From the NCBI RefSeq assembly GCF_006345805.1, contig NC_043020.1, positions 11,904,001-11,968,000 on the forward strand: a stretch of DNA of 64,000 nucleotides. The letters are read 5' to 3'. The notes under the pieces are model-generated. The model searched no databases. It was not told the DNA's origin and saw only the letters and a program-made list of their open reading frames with translations. The position numbers and the translations under genes are program-made. Each line of letters opens with the position of its first letter. The first letter of the stretch is position 1. This DNA is from Octopus sinensis (taxonomy: Eukaryota). This document shows positions 51,060-64,000 of the stretch, in pieces.

Positions 51060-51540
51060 CTCTTTGATGAAACAATAAACCATCTTGTCTCAGGATGTCC
51101 TGTGTTGGCACCAAACGAATACAAAAGCCGCCACGATGAGATAGGAAGGTATTTACATTGGAGAATATGTAAGCACTACAAAATCAGCTCTCTCGCTAAC
51201 TGGTATGAACATCATCCTGAGCCTGTCGTTGAAGATAAAAACGTCACTATCCTCTGGAGTTTTCCAGTCACCAGCGACAGAATTATCCAGGCTAAACGAC
51301 CAGACATAGTCATTAAATACCGAGAAGAAAATACTTATAGACTGTTAGGTGTAAGTGTTCCCACTGATAGAAATATAACTGTAAAGGGACTTGACAAATT
51401 AAGTAAATATAAGGACCCGGAAATTGAAATACAAAAGATGTGGCATCTTAAAGCAAGAACTGTTCCTGTTATTGTGGGTGCCCTAAGTATGATAAGAAAG
51501 GGATGCCAAACGCATCTTGTTTATCTCAAGGGCCTTGAGT
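51060..51540 (+). mobile_element. 3' fragment of an R4/Dong-like (RLE-encoding) non-LTR retrotransposon
   Basis: ETINHLVSGC, RHD..LHW, RPDIVIK, KLSKYKD, PVIVGAL: zinc knuckle remnant plus restriction-like endonuclease. Confidence 0.8.
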
Positions 51541-51716
51541 AGCAAGTTATGTGGGACGCTGTTAAATGCTTTCCTGTCGTCTATTCATGCCATACTCAGG
51601 TTCTTCTTGTTGCTCCGGCAATTCTCTACAATCGTTTTATTTATGAGTAATTGATCTTTGCATCCATAAGAATCCGTCGTCGGCGTCATAATGGTCATCA
51701 TCGTCATCTACTTTCA

Positions 51717-52093
51717 GAAAAGTCTCCCAGACAATGTATACTCAAAAGTAATTCACGCAGGTATAGAGGGAAAAATAACGAATGATCACACGTACATCGA
51801 TTAGTTGAGAACGCCGCTTCTGGATCAGTTGGATATATTTTGAATTCGTTAGTACTGGCAGTCGAAGATGGTTTGTCTGGGATTACTCATATCAGACGGG
51901 TATGTTCGATTTTTAGTGCTCTCTAATTCAAACCTAAAGAAATCTTGGGCTGATGACGGAAATGTTGATCTCTATATCCAACTAATCCAGAAGCGGCGTC
52001 CTCAACTAATCGATGTACGTGTGATCTTTCGTTATTTTTCCCTCTATACTTGCGTGAATTATTTTTGAGTATACATTGTCTGGGAAACTTTTC
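51717..52093. mobile_element. Foldback element/MITE with 121-bp inverted arms
   Basis: 51717-51837 is the reverse complement of 51973-52093 with about 6 mismatches. Confidence 0.85.
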
Positions 52094-52286
52094 TTATAGT
52101 AGATGAAATGGCTAAACTTGTTTGGCTGCTATTTCTAAAAGTTCGGTGTGTGGTAAAGTAAATTATTTTACTGAACCCTAATTATATAACGTAATGTTTT
52201 AAATATACCGTTAATGGATCTTTTTACATACTAAACACTACTTGGTAAAATTATTAATTAATAATTAATTTTACCCTTTTATTATT

Positions 52287-52331
<45 letters not shown>

Positions 52332-52375
52332 TATATATTATATATATTATATATATATATATATATTATATATAT

Positions 52376-53133
<758 letters not shown>

Positions 53134-53877
53134 TTGAAAAAGGAGAAAACTTTTGATCAACAAACAAACAAAAAGAAAATTCCGAAAATAGTTTTCGTGA
53201 ATATTATTTTCGGAATTTTCTTTGTAAGCACCGATCGACATCGGCAGCCGAAACGGCCGTAAGAAATGTTATGTTATGTTATGTTGTGTATTAAAAAATA
53301 ATCAACCGATGTTGGTCAATTTGTTTATTTGTTGATCAAAAGTTTTCTTCATTTTCTGCTAATTTAAATTTGATTCCTGATACGGTTATTCCAACCGCTA
53401 ACTCTGTTTACCTTTACGATCAGGCAAATCCTTAGGTATAAAAAGGGGTCAACTTCTGAACGCAACAGTAAAATTGTAAAATCAGTGAATTACGTAACAT
53501 TCAAGGATGAAATTATGTAACGAAAATGTGTTTTATATAAGTCAATTAAAAGATATATTTGATAATTCAGCGATCCATTTGCACATAAATTAATATCCAA
53601 AGAATTTAATGTCCAGTATTTGATTGTTCAAAGATATATTGTAAAGGGTTCGATCCGTATGCAGCTCTTTTCATCTCTCTTTCTTTACTATCAACGCCAA
53701 TCCGTTAAAAGAGAACAGTTGTCTAGGCAACGTCATTTCAACTCTCATCACAAAACGCTTATCTCCCCTCAAACAGAGTTCTCTCCCTTCATTATACTTT
53801 CTCATTTGCACTGATTGTAGATATACTTAAATTTCTCCCGCTTAAAGGAAGAAAGTTGAACGCAGGGAAAACTTTCT

Positions 53878-54308
53878 TGGATCTTTTCGGTTTGAACGGC
53901 AGTTTTTTTAAAATTATTTCCACGTAACTAAACACTTTTAAACTTCGTATACAGGTAGAATGTGTTTATAAAACATCTTTTTCTTTTGACTTTCTTGAGA
54001 AAATTCTATAGTTTGTAAGATATTTGTTGTTGTTTTTCTTCAATTTCTGCAATTTCAACCAATCAATGACATCCATTTCGGGTGAAAACATTTTGTGTCG
54101 TATGAATATGTCCTTCGTTTAAGAAACTGATTGGGTTTATTTACATTTGTGAAGAAAAAAAGATACCCTTCCCCCCACCACTAACCCTAACTAACCCTAA
54201 CCCTAAAACAGATTGAAATGCAATAGATCGATACTAGGGTCATAATTATGGGTGACAATTTCATATGACACCGCTAGAAAAAACTGCCGTTCAAACCGAA
54301 AGGATCCA
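53878..54308. mobile_element. MITE with 30-bp TIRs and internal (CTAACC)n
   Basis: TGGATC(T/C)TTTCGGTTTGAACGGCAGTTTTT at both ends in inverted orientation. Confidence 0.8.
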
Positions 54309-54379
54309 CATTCGTATTTGCAATGACAAAATTTGAGAACTGCATAAGGAATGCAAATACATTTAACATACCGACACAA

Positions 54380-54645
54380 TCAGCGGACTCGAAATATTGC
54401 ATCTGCAATGACATTGTCTTTACCTTTAATATGTTGAATATTGAGATTAAATTCTTGCAAAGATAAACTCCATCTCATTAATCTCTGATTTTTGTTCTTC
54501 ATCTTGTGCAGATAAGTCAGCGGATTGTGGCCAGTGAACACTTCAATGGGATACTTGGTGGTTCCCAAATATACGTCAAAATCTTGCAATGACAACAACA
54601 AAACAAGGGTTTCTTCCTCAATGGTAGAATAATTTCGCTGGTGTT
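54380..54645 (-). mobile_element. Ty3/gypsy RNase H relic
   Basis: HQRNYSTIEEE, VFTGHNPL, RLMRWSLSLQEFNLNIQHIKGKDNVIADA. Confidence 0.85.
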
Positions 54646-55018
54646 TACTCTTTTACTCTTTTACTTGTTTCAGTCATTTTGACTGTGGCCATGCTGGAGC
54701 ACCGCAAATCGACCCCAGAACTTATTCATTGTAAGCCTAGTACTTATTGTATGGGGCTCCTTTTACCGAACCGCCAAGATACGGGGACGTAAACACATCA
54801 GCATCGGTTGTCAAGCGATGTTGGGGGGTACAAACACAGACACACACACATACATACGACGGGCTTCTTTCAGTTTCCGTCTACCAAATCCACTCACAAG
54901 GCTTTGGTCGGCCCGAGGCTATAGTAGAAGACACTTGCCCAACGTGCCATGCAGTGGGACTGAACCCGGAACCGTGTGGCTCGTAAGCAAGCAACTTACC
55001 ACACAGCCACTCCTACGC
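54645..55018 (-). mobile_element. tRNA-derived SINE
   Basis: Same family as 42424-42824. Confidence 0.8.
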
Positions 55019-55307
55019 CTATAATTTATTTATTTATATTTATCATTTTGTTTTCGTTTCGTTTTTTGCTCTCTCTTATTCTTTCTTTCTTTTTTTCTTT
55101 TCCGAATAAAAGGTCGTTTTATACAAGACTTCGTGGTCCGCTGGCCGTGCTGTCTGAAATTTATAAGAGGAAAAACTGGGAATAAAAAAGTTAAAAAATA
55201 AAAGAAAATAGTCTAATAATGGGGTATATAAGCCCCTGACATATATGTGTATGCGTATGTATGTATGTATGTATGTATGTATGTATGTATGTATGTATGT
55301 ATGTATG

Positions 55308-55462
<155 letters not shown>

Positions 55463-56104
55463 TTATCCGACTCCCTACGAAAAATACGAAATACGAAAAA
55501 TGAATCCAAGCTAAGCAATCTATATTTAATTTCAACCCGTGTACCTACTTAACTATCTGCAACTGATCTGATCTTTTAGTTAGCCCTGTTCTATCTCTAT
55601 TAGTATTATTGTTATGACTTGTGTAATTTAGCCTCACGCCTTGTGTTTTTTTTATATGTACATATAATTCTATAGTTCATCTTAATTATATATCGTTGTC
55701 TCATGTCTTGTGTTAAATATATATTTAATCTTAAAGCTTGCCCCTAATTTTATTTTATCGATCAGTCTCACGCCTCGTAGATATAGAATAAATGTATTTA
55801 TAATTTATAGCTCTTTATCGCTCACGCTTCTCCCATAGATTAGGTAAAATTTAGGTATTTATAGCTACTAATAACTATTTCTCTCCTAAGAAAGGAATGG
55901 CTGCCGGCCGGTTTTCGCGGTGCACCCGCCCTCCCACCCCCTCCACCGGTACAGGAAGTCCTAAATTTTCTCATCCTTGTCTCCCTTGTACACTTCAAAG
56001 TCTTACGCCACCCCCACCTCCTTCCATAAAAGGTAGTGGTCAGTCATTGCAAGATATGTTTAGTGTTGTGTACGAGGTTTGAACTTAAGTTCTATTGTTT
56101 GTCT

Positions 56105-59100
56105 ATGAATACTGCCAAACGCGAGTTTTCTTTTCAGGTCCATGACGCTATTAGGGCCAATACCACTTCCACCCCCACCCACAGCCTCAGGGTTGGCACC
56201 CTCAACGTTGGCACACTGAAAGGCAGATCTGGCGAGATAGCTGAATTGCTTGAACGGAGGTGGGTTGATATATGCTGCATTCAAGAAGTGAGGTGGAGAG
56301 GAGGTTCTGCTAGGTTCCTCACAGGCAAAGGACAGAGGTACAAGATTTTCTGGGCTGGGAATACTGACGGAGTCGGGGGTGTGGGCATGCTTATCGCCGA
56401 AAAATGGGTAGATAAGGTAATCGAGGTAGTCAGAGTAAGTGACAGAATAATTAAGATTAGATTAGTGCTCCATCATAGTTTAGCAACTATTATATCGGCC
56501 TATGCCCCTCAGCCAGGGCTACCTGACGGACAGAAAGACTGTTTCTATGACACCCTACTGCAGACCACATCATTGACGAACGACAGGGACCTTCTCTTTG
56601 TGGCTGGTGACTTCAATGGGCATGTTGGACGATGTGCTGGGGGCTTCCATGGCGTGCATGGAGGCTACGGTTATGATTCCCGCAACGAGGAGGGAACCAG
56701 GCTGCTGGAGTTCTGCGATGCGAATAGTCTTATGGTTTGCAACACTAACTTCAGGAAACCGACAAGCCACCTGGTCACCTACCGATCGGGCCGGCATACT
56801 AGCCAAATCGACTACATCCTTGCCAGAAAAAGGGAAAGATGGCTGCTTATAAATGCCAAAACCTTCCCAGGTGAAGAATGCACCCCACAACATAGACTGG
56901 TAGTTAGTGACTTTAGGATCAGGACTAAGAGGGCGACTAGAAGACGACCAACATGGAGAAGAAGGGTCTGGAAGCTTAAAGACCCTGCGAATGGACAGAG
57001 ATTTAGAGATATGTTATTTGAAGCCTTAGACGAAATAGAAGGGAGTATAGCTACGCATGGGGTAGAAGACAACTGGACGCTTCTGAGGGACAACCTGCTT
57101 AAAGCTGCTGACCAGATCTGTGGCTGGTGCAAAGTCCCCTTAAGACCCAAAATAACGTGGTGGTGGAACAATATTGTTGACAGGGCTATTAGACAAAAGA
57201 AACAGGCTTGGAAGGCCTGGAAGAACGGTGGTAGCAGGGAAGTGTATCAGTCTGCCAGAAGGAAGCCAGGAGACAGGTCTATCTAGCCAGAGGGGAGGCA
57301 GATAAGGAAAAATTTGCCAATGTCCTGCGTCGTGAGGATGAAAGACTTGAGGTATTTCGTGTTGCAAGACAGTGTGTGAGAGAGAATCGTGACGTGGTAG
57401 AGAAAGAAAAATGTGTTCGCAAGGATGACGGTTCACTTGCGCTTAATGAGGATGCAAAGAGAGAGGCTTGGAGACGCCACTATGATAGGTTGCTGAATGA
57501 AGAAAATGAATGGGATAAAGAGAGTCTGCCGAATGTCGACCCAACAGAGGGACCAGCAATCCGAGTTAACAGTTCTTTAGTAGATAAGGCAATTAGAAGC
57601 ATGAAAACAGGGAAAGCCCCAGGCCCATCAGGAATACTGCAGAGATGCTCAAAATATCTGGTGGTGTCGGCTATAGCTTAGTCACCCGTATAGTTAACCA
57701 GGTGATACACGAGGGGGTCATACCCAATGACTGGTGTAGCAGCATAATAGTCAACTGCTACAAAGGTAAAGGCGACGCCCTAGAGACAAATAACTACAGG
57801 GGCATGAAGCTGCTGGATCAGGTAATGAAGGTTACGGAGAGGGTTATAGCCCAACTAATTAGAGAGAGAGTTAGCTTAGATGATATGCAGTTTGGGTTCG
57901 TGCCAGGGAAAAGTACTACTGATGCTATATTCCTGGTAAGACAGCTGCAGGAGAAATACCTAGCCAAAGATAAGCCCTTGTACCTGGCTTTTGTTGACTT
58001 GGAGAAAGCCTTTGACAGGGTCCCCCGATCCCTTATCTGGTGGTCAATGAGGAAACTAGGGATAGATGAATGGTTGGTGAGAGCTGTGCAAGCCATGTAC
58101 AGAGACGCTGCTAGTAAGGTGAGGGTTGGCAACGAGTACAATGAAGAATTCCGGGTAGAGGTTGGGGTCCACCAAGGTTCAGTCCTCAGTCCCCTCCTAT
58201 TTATCATAGTCCTCCAGGCAATAACGGAGGAATTCAAGACAGGTTGCCCCTGGGAGCTCCTCTATGCTGATGACCTTGCTCTAATTGCTGAGTCACTATC
58301 AGAACTGGAGGAGAAGTTTCAGGTGTGGAAACAAGGATTAGAATCGAAGGGCCTTAGAATCAACCTAGCCAAAACCAAAGTCCTAATAAGTAGGAAGGTA
58401 GATCAATCACAAACGCCTTCAGGTAGATGGCCCTGCTCGATCTGTAAAAAAGGTGTAGGTAGAAACTCTATAAGATGCACCAAGTGTAAGCTATGGACAC
58501 ATAAGAGGTGCAGCAGCAATGTCAAAGGAAGGCTAACTAGGAAAATAGTTTTTGTCTGTGGCAAATGCTCAGGAGCAATAAACACTGGAAATGTGCAGAG
58601 ACCAACTTCTGCCACGTTCCAGGGAGACAAACTAGAAGTAGTTGATAGCTTCCGCTACCTAGGAGACCAAGTCAGTAGCGGGGGTGGGTGTGCTGAAAGT
58701 GTAACTGCTAGAGTAAGAATAGCCTGGGCAAAGTTTAGAGAGCTCTTACCCCTGCTGGTGACAAAAGGCCTCTCGCTCAGAGTAAAAGGCAGACTGTATG
58801 ATGCATGTGTACGTACAGCCATGCTACATGGTAGTGAAACATGGGCCGTGACTGCTGAGGATATGCGTAAGCTCGCAAGAAATGAAGCCAGTATGCTCCG
58901 ATGGATGTGTAATGTCAGTGTTCATAATCGTCAGAGTGTAAGTTCCTTGAGAGAAAAGTTGAACCTAAGAAGCGTCAGTTGTGGTGTGCAAGAGAGACGG
59001 CTGCGCTGGTATGGTCATGTGACGAGAAAGGCTGAAGATAGTTGTGTGCAAAAGTGCTACACCCTAGCAGTTGAGGAACCTGTGGAAGAGGTAGACCCAG

Positions 59101-60813
59101 GAAAACCTGGGACGAGGTGGTGAAGCACGACCTTCGAACTTTAGGTCTCACTAAGGAAATGTCTAGAGACCGAGACCTATGGAAGTATGCTGTGCGTGAG
59201 AAGACCCGGCAAGACTAGTCAGGCCATAACCCGTGGCCCTACCTGGGACGTAGTCAGTCCACCTGTGCATACCTTCCTCTTGTGACACTTATGAAGACCT
59301 GTTGAGGCAGTGAAAATCAAATCAAAACAAATCAAAATAGATGAACATCAATGGAATTGTATCTTTGTGGTACCAGTGCCGGTGGCACACAAGAAAACCA
59401 CCCGAACGTGGCCGTAGCCAGTACCGCATCGACTGGCCTCCGTGCTGTGGGCACAACAAACACCATCCGATCGTGGCCGTTCGCCAGCCTCATCTGGCAC
59501 CTGTGTCGGTGGCACATAAAAACACCATCCGAAGACCCGGCGACGTAGTCAGTCCACCTGTGCATACCTTCCCTCTTATGACACTGTGAAGACCTGTTGA
59601 GGCAAGTGTGTGACTTGTGAAGACCTGTTGAGGCAGAGGCAAGTGTGTGACACTTGTGAAGACCTGTTGAGGCAGAGGCAAGTGTGTGTGACACTTGTGG
59701 AGACCTGTTGAGGCAAGTGTGTGACACTTGTGAAGACCTGTTGAGGCAAGTGAAAATCAAACCAAATCAAAATAGATGAACATCAATGAAATTTGTATCT
59801 TTGTGGTACCAGTACCGGTGGCACACAAGAAAACCATCCGAACGTGGCCGTAGCCAGTACCGCATCGACTGGCCTCCGTGCTGTGGGCACAACAAACACC
59901 ATCCGATCGTGGCCGTTCGCCAGCCTCATCTGGCACCTGTGTCGGTGGCACATAAAAACACCATCCGAAGACCCGGCGACGTAGTCAGTCCACCTGTGCA
60001 TACCTTCCTTCTTATGACACTTGTGAAGACATGTTGAGGCAAGTGTGTGACACTTGTTGAGGCAAGTGTGTGACACTTGTGAAGACCTTTTGAGGCAGAG
60101 GCAAGTGTGTGATACTTTGTGAAGACCTGTTGAGGCAGAGGCAAGTGTGTGACACTTGTGAAGACCTGTTGAGGCAAGTGAAAATCAAATCAAACCAAAT
60201 CAAAATAGATGAACATCAATGGAATTTGTATCTTTGTGGTACCAGTACCGGTGGCACACAAGAAAACCATCCGAACGTGGCCGTAGCCAGTACCGCATCG
60301 ACTGGCCTCTGTGATGTGGGCACATAACAAACACCATCCGATCGTGGTGGCCCCTACCTAGGACGTAGTCAGTCCACCTGTTGCATACCTTCCTTCTTGT
60401 GACACTTGTGAAGACCTGTTGAGGCAAGTGAAAATCAACAAATCAACAAATCAACAATCAAAAAATCAAAACAATCAAAATAGATGAACATCAATGGAAT
60501 CTGTATCTCTGTGGTACCAGTGCCGGTGGCACACAAGAAAACCATCCGAACGTGGCTGTAGCCAGTACCGCATCGACTGGCCTCCGTGCTGTGGGCACAT
60601 AACAAACGCCATCCGATCGTGGCCGTTCGCCAGCCTCATCTGGCACCTGTCCGAAGACCCGGCAAGACTAGTCAGGCCATAGCCCGTGGCCCCTTCCTGG
60701 GACGTAGTCAGTCCACCTGTGCATACCTTCCTTCTTATGACACTTGTGAAGACCTGTTAAGGCAAGTGCTAATCAAATCAAATGACACTTGTGAAGACCT
60801 GTTGAGGCAAGTG

Positions 60814-60869
<56 letters not shown>

Positions 60870-61802
60870 CATAATCAAATCAAATCAAAACAAATCAAAA
60901 TAGATGAACATCAATGGAATTTGTATCTTTGTGGTACCAATGCCGGTGGCACACAAGAAAACCATCCGAACGTGGCGGTAGCCAGTACCACATCGACTGG
61001 CCTCCGTGCTGTGGGCACGTAACAAACACCATCCGATCGTGGCCGTTCGCCAGCCTCATCTGGCACCTGTGTTGGTGGCACATAAAAACACCATCCAAAG
61101 ACCCGGCAAGACTAGTCAGGCCATAACCCGTGGCCCATACCTGGGACGTAGTCAGTCTACCTGTGCATACCTTCCTTCTTATGACACTTGTGAAGACCTG
61201 TTGAGGCAAGTATGTGACACTTGTGAAGACCTGTTGACGCAAGTGTGTGACAGTTGTGAAGACCTGTTGAGGCAAGTGAAAATCAAACCAAATCAAAATA
61301 GATGAACATCAATGGAATTTGTATCTTTGTGGTACCAGTGCCGGTGGCACACAAGAAAACCATCCGAACGTGGCCGTAGCCAGTACCGCATCGACTGGCC
61401 TGCGTGCTGTGGGCACGTAACAAACACCATCCGGGCACGTAAAAAAACACCATCCGATCGTGGCCGTTCGCCAGCCTCATCTGGCACTTGTGTCGGTGGC
61501 ACATAAAAACACCATCCGAGCGTGGCCGTCTGCCAGCCTCGTCTGGCACCTGTGTCGGTGGCACATAAAAAAAAAACACCATCCGAGCGTGGCCGTTCGC
61601 CAGCCTCGTCTGGCACCTGTGTCGGTGGCACATAAAATCACCCACTACACTCTCGGAGTGGCTGGCGTTAGGAAGGGCATCCAGCTGTAGAAACACTGCC
61701 AGATCTGACTGGCCTGGTGCAGCCTTCGGGCTCCCCAGACTCCAGTTGAACCGTCCAACCCATGCTAGCATGGAAGCGGACGTTAAATGAGGATGATGAT
61801 GA

Positions 61803-61805
<3 letters not shown>
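56105..61805 (+). mobile_element. RTE-clade LINE: APE-RT ORF (~1038 aa, 56105-59218 after three 1-bp corrections), expanded 3' UTR and (GAT)n tail
   Basis: LRVGTLNVGTL, CIQEVRW, GDFNGHVG, SQIDY, PQHRLV; FVDLEKAFDRVPR, HQGSVLSP, YADD; Cys/His-rich finger inside RT; ends AACCCATGCTAGCATGGAAGCGGACGTTAAATGAGGATGATGAT. Confidence 0.9.
59215..61640 (+). repeat. Nested tandem array in the RTE 3' UTR (six major units)
   Basis: Anchor ATAGATGAACATCAATG at 59337, 59772, 60205, 60480, 60900, 61298 (spacings 435, 433, 275, 420, 398) with internal ~33-40-bp and ~62-bp subrepeats. Confidence 0.92.
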
Positions 61806-61879
<74 letters not shown>

Positions 61880-62010
61880 GCATGTATGTATGTATGGATG
61901 GATGGATGGATGGACGGATTGTATGTATGTATGATGTATGTATGTATGTATGTATGTATGTATGTGTGTGTATGTATGTATGTGTGTATGTATGTATGTA
62001 TGCATGTATG

Positions 62011-62045
<35 letters not shown>

Positions 62046-62124
62046 GTGTGTGTATGTATGTGTGTATGTATGCATATATGTATGTTGTATGTATGTATGC
62101 ATATATATATGTATGTCTGTATGC

Positions 62125-62157
<33 letters not shown>

Positions 62158-62685
62158 TGTATGTATGTATGTATGTATGTGTGTGTATGTGTGTATGTAT
62201 GTATGTATGTGTTTGTGTGTGTATGTGTGTATGTATGTATGTATGTATATATGTATGTATTTATGTATGTATGTATGTATGTATGTATGTATGTATGTAT
62301 GTATGTATGTGTGTATGTGTGTATCCCTACATCCATCCCCTTTGTCCGCTTTTCCCGGGTGAGTTGTCCAGCACCTCCTCCATAGGGACCTACAAGAAGC
62401 AACTGCCATTATACTTTCCTGCTCGATTCAGAAGTGTAACCAACCATGGATATCATCCAACCAGTTCGTTCTTGGTCTACCCTTTGGTCTTCTGTCCGTT
62501 CGCTCGGTTTGAAGAGAATCTGTCTTGCGATTCCTTCCTGCGGCATTCTAATCTCATATATGTAGTGCAGAAACTATGATCTCTCAACGATGAGAACATT
62601 GTGGCGTGTGTGACCTGGGGACACTCCACTGTACTCCGAACTACGCATCCTGTCGAACAACGTTGCTCCAGAGATCCTTATAGGA

Positions 62686-62728
<43 letters not shown>

Positions 62729-62871
62729 TAGACAGACGGGGGGACGGACGGGCAGACGGACAGACGGACGGGCAGACGGGCGGACGGGTAGACGGACAGA
62801 CAGAAGGACGGACGGAGCGATAGATGGGTTTGGATAGACAGACAGACAGACAGATAGATAGATAGATAGAC

Positions 62872-62934
<63 letters not shown>

Positions 62935-62939
62935 CAGAC

Positions 62940-62981
<42 letters not shown>

Positions 62982-63032
62982 ACAGACAGACAGACAGACA
63001 GACAGACGGACGGACGGACGGACGGACGGTCG

Positions 63033-63115
<83 letters not shown>

Positions 63116-63185
63116 GGACGGACGGACGGACGGACGGACGGACAGACAGACAGACAGACAGACACACAGACAGACACACAGACAG

Positions 63186-63225
<40 letters not shown>

Positions 63226-63260
63226 TGATAGATAGATAGATAGATATAGATAGATAGATA
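61806..63260. repeat. Compound microsatellites (TA)n, (TATG)n, (GACA/GATA/GACG)n
   Basis: Direct reading; source of the long spurious ORFs in the track. Confidence 0.95.
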
Positions 63261-63878
63261 TGAATATATATACAGTGACACATACTTACAATCATACATG
63301 CCTACACATACACATACGTATACACACGCACTACTGAATGACGTAGCAAGGAAGCCTCACTGTGTTAGCTCGACTTGCTAGAAATAGCAGATCAAATACT
63401 CCCCAAATCACACTTCAATGATTTACGGAAAAGGACACGTGACGTAACAAAGTCCGAGATATACCAAACAAAAAAGAAGAAAAAAACCAGGATAATCATT
63501 TCCGGGACGCCTTTGAATATTGGTCTGCTCAATGAAGACCAACAACAACAATAGCGAGTGGAGACGCAGTGGCCCAGTGGTTAGGGCAGCGGACTCGCGG
63601 TCGTAAGAACGCGGTTTCGATTCCCAGACCGGGCATTGGGAGTGTTTATTGAGCAAAAACACCTAAGGTCTACGAGGTTCCGACAGGTGGCGGTGTGAAC
63701 CCCGCTGTACTCTTTCACCACAACTTTCTCTCACTCTTTCTTCCTACATCTACCACAAAGCAGAGGAACCATGGTGTAACCCACTATGGCGTGGTAAAAC
63801 TTTCAGACCCTAGTCTAGATTGCGAATCCCCTGTACCCCAGGATGGTTCTGCTCTCCACCTGTTAAAAAAGCCACCGT
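62805..63878 (-). repeat. Inverted paralog of the region upstream of A2, lacking the LINE
   Basis: Reverse complement matches 26248-26860, then (TATC)n, then CCAAACCCATCTATCGCTCCG as at ~30441. Confidence 0.88.
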
Positions 63879-64000
63879 TTACGGAATGAGGATAACAACG
63901 TAGCTTTCGCGCCCGTGTAACTGCCATCCATCGCGTGTGGTGGGTGGATCTTCAAGTTGCCGCACGCATTCTTAGTAGCTTCGAGTAGGTTCGAATTAGA

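Noticed and set aside
54180-54206. Telomere or fusion site
   Set aside because: Only about four imperfect units, internal to a MITE.
59215-61640. CRISPR-like look of repeated 33-62-bp motifs
   Set aside because: The intervening sequences are themselves repeats rather than unique spacers, there are no cas genes, and the array is the 3' UTR of a eukaryotic LINE.

Overview
AT-rich, microsatellite- and SINE-dense animal DNA; the repeat landscape looks like an octopus/cephalopod genome (inference, not database-checked). The core of the window is a tandem cluster of six single-exon cyclic-nucleotide phosphodiesterase genes of the PDE5/6/11 class, in four divergent types: A1(-, cut by a 100-N gap), B1(-), C(-), A2(-), D(+), B2(+). 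All share one architecture: PDE6-like N-terminal FLxxNP(E/D)F motif, GAF-A, GAF-B, HD-type catalytic domain, a long disordered tail with TQT-type (LC8-binding-like) motifs, an RxRKCxK basic motif and a terminal CaaX box. Each type has a CRE or CRE-like octamer upstream of its start codon. The paralogs have lost different functional residues: C lacks the invariant substrate-binding Gln, while A and D have degenerate GAF-A pockets. A is duplicated in direct orientation (nearly identical copies) and B in inverted orientation, with one breakpoint inside a Tx1-like LINE. Four single-base frameshifts in the PDE genes all fall in short homopolymers and are probably assembly errors; one of them hides the true N-terminus of A2. 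Intergenic DNA contains two Tx1-like LINEs tied to (TATC)n (one with an empty-site paralog in the window), a possibly intact RTE LINE whose 3' UTR is a nested tandem array, Penelope, R4/Dong, mariner and gypsy relics, Helentron-like non-autonomous elements, MITEs/foldbacks, tRNA-derived SINEs and several minimal hammerhead-ribozyme motifs. No CRISPR array, rRNA or genuine tRNA gene is supported.
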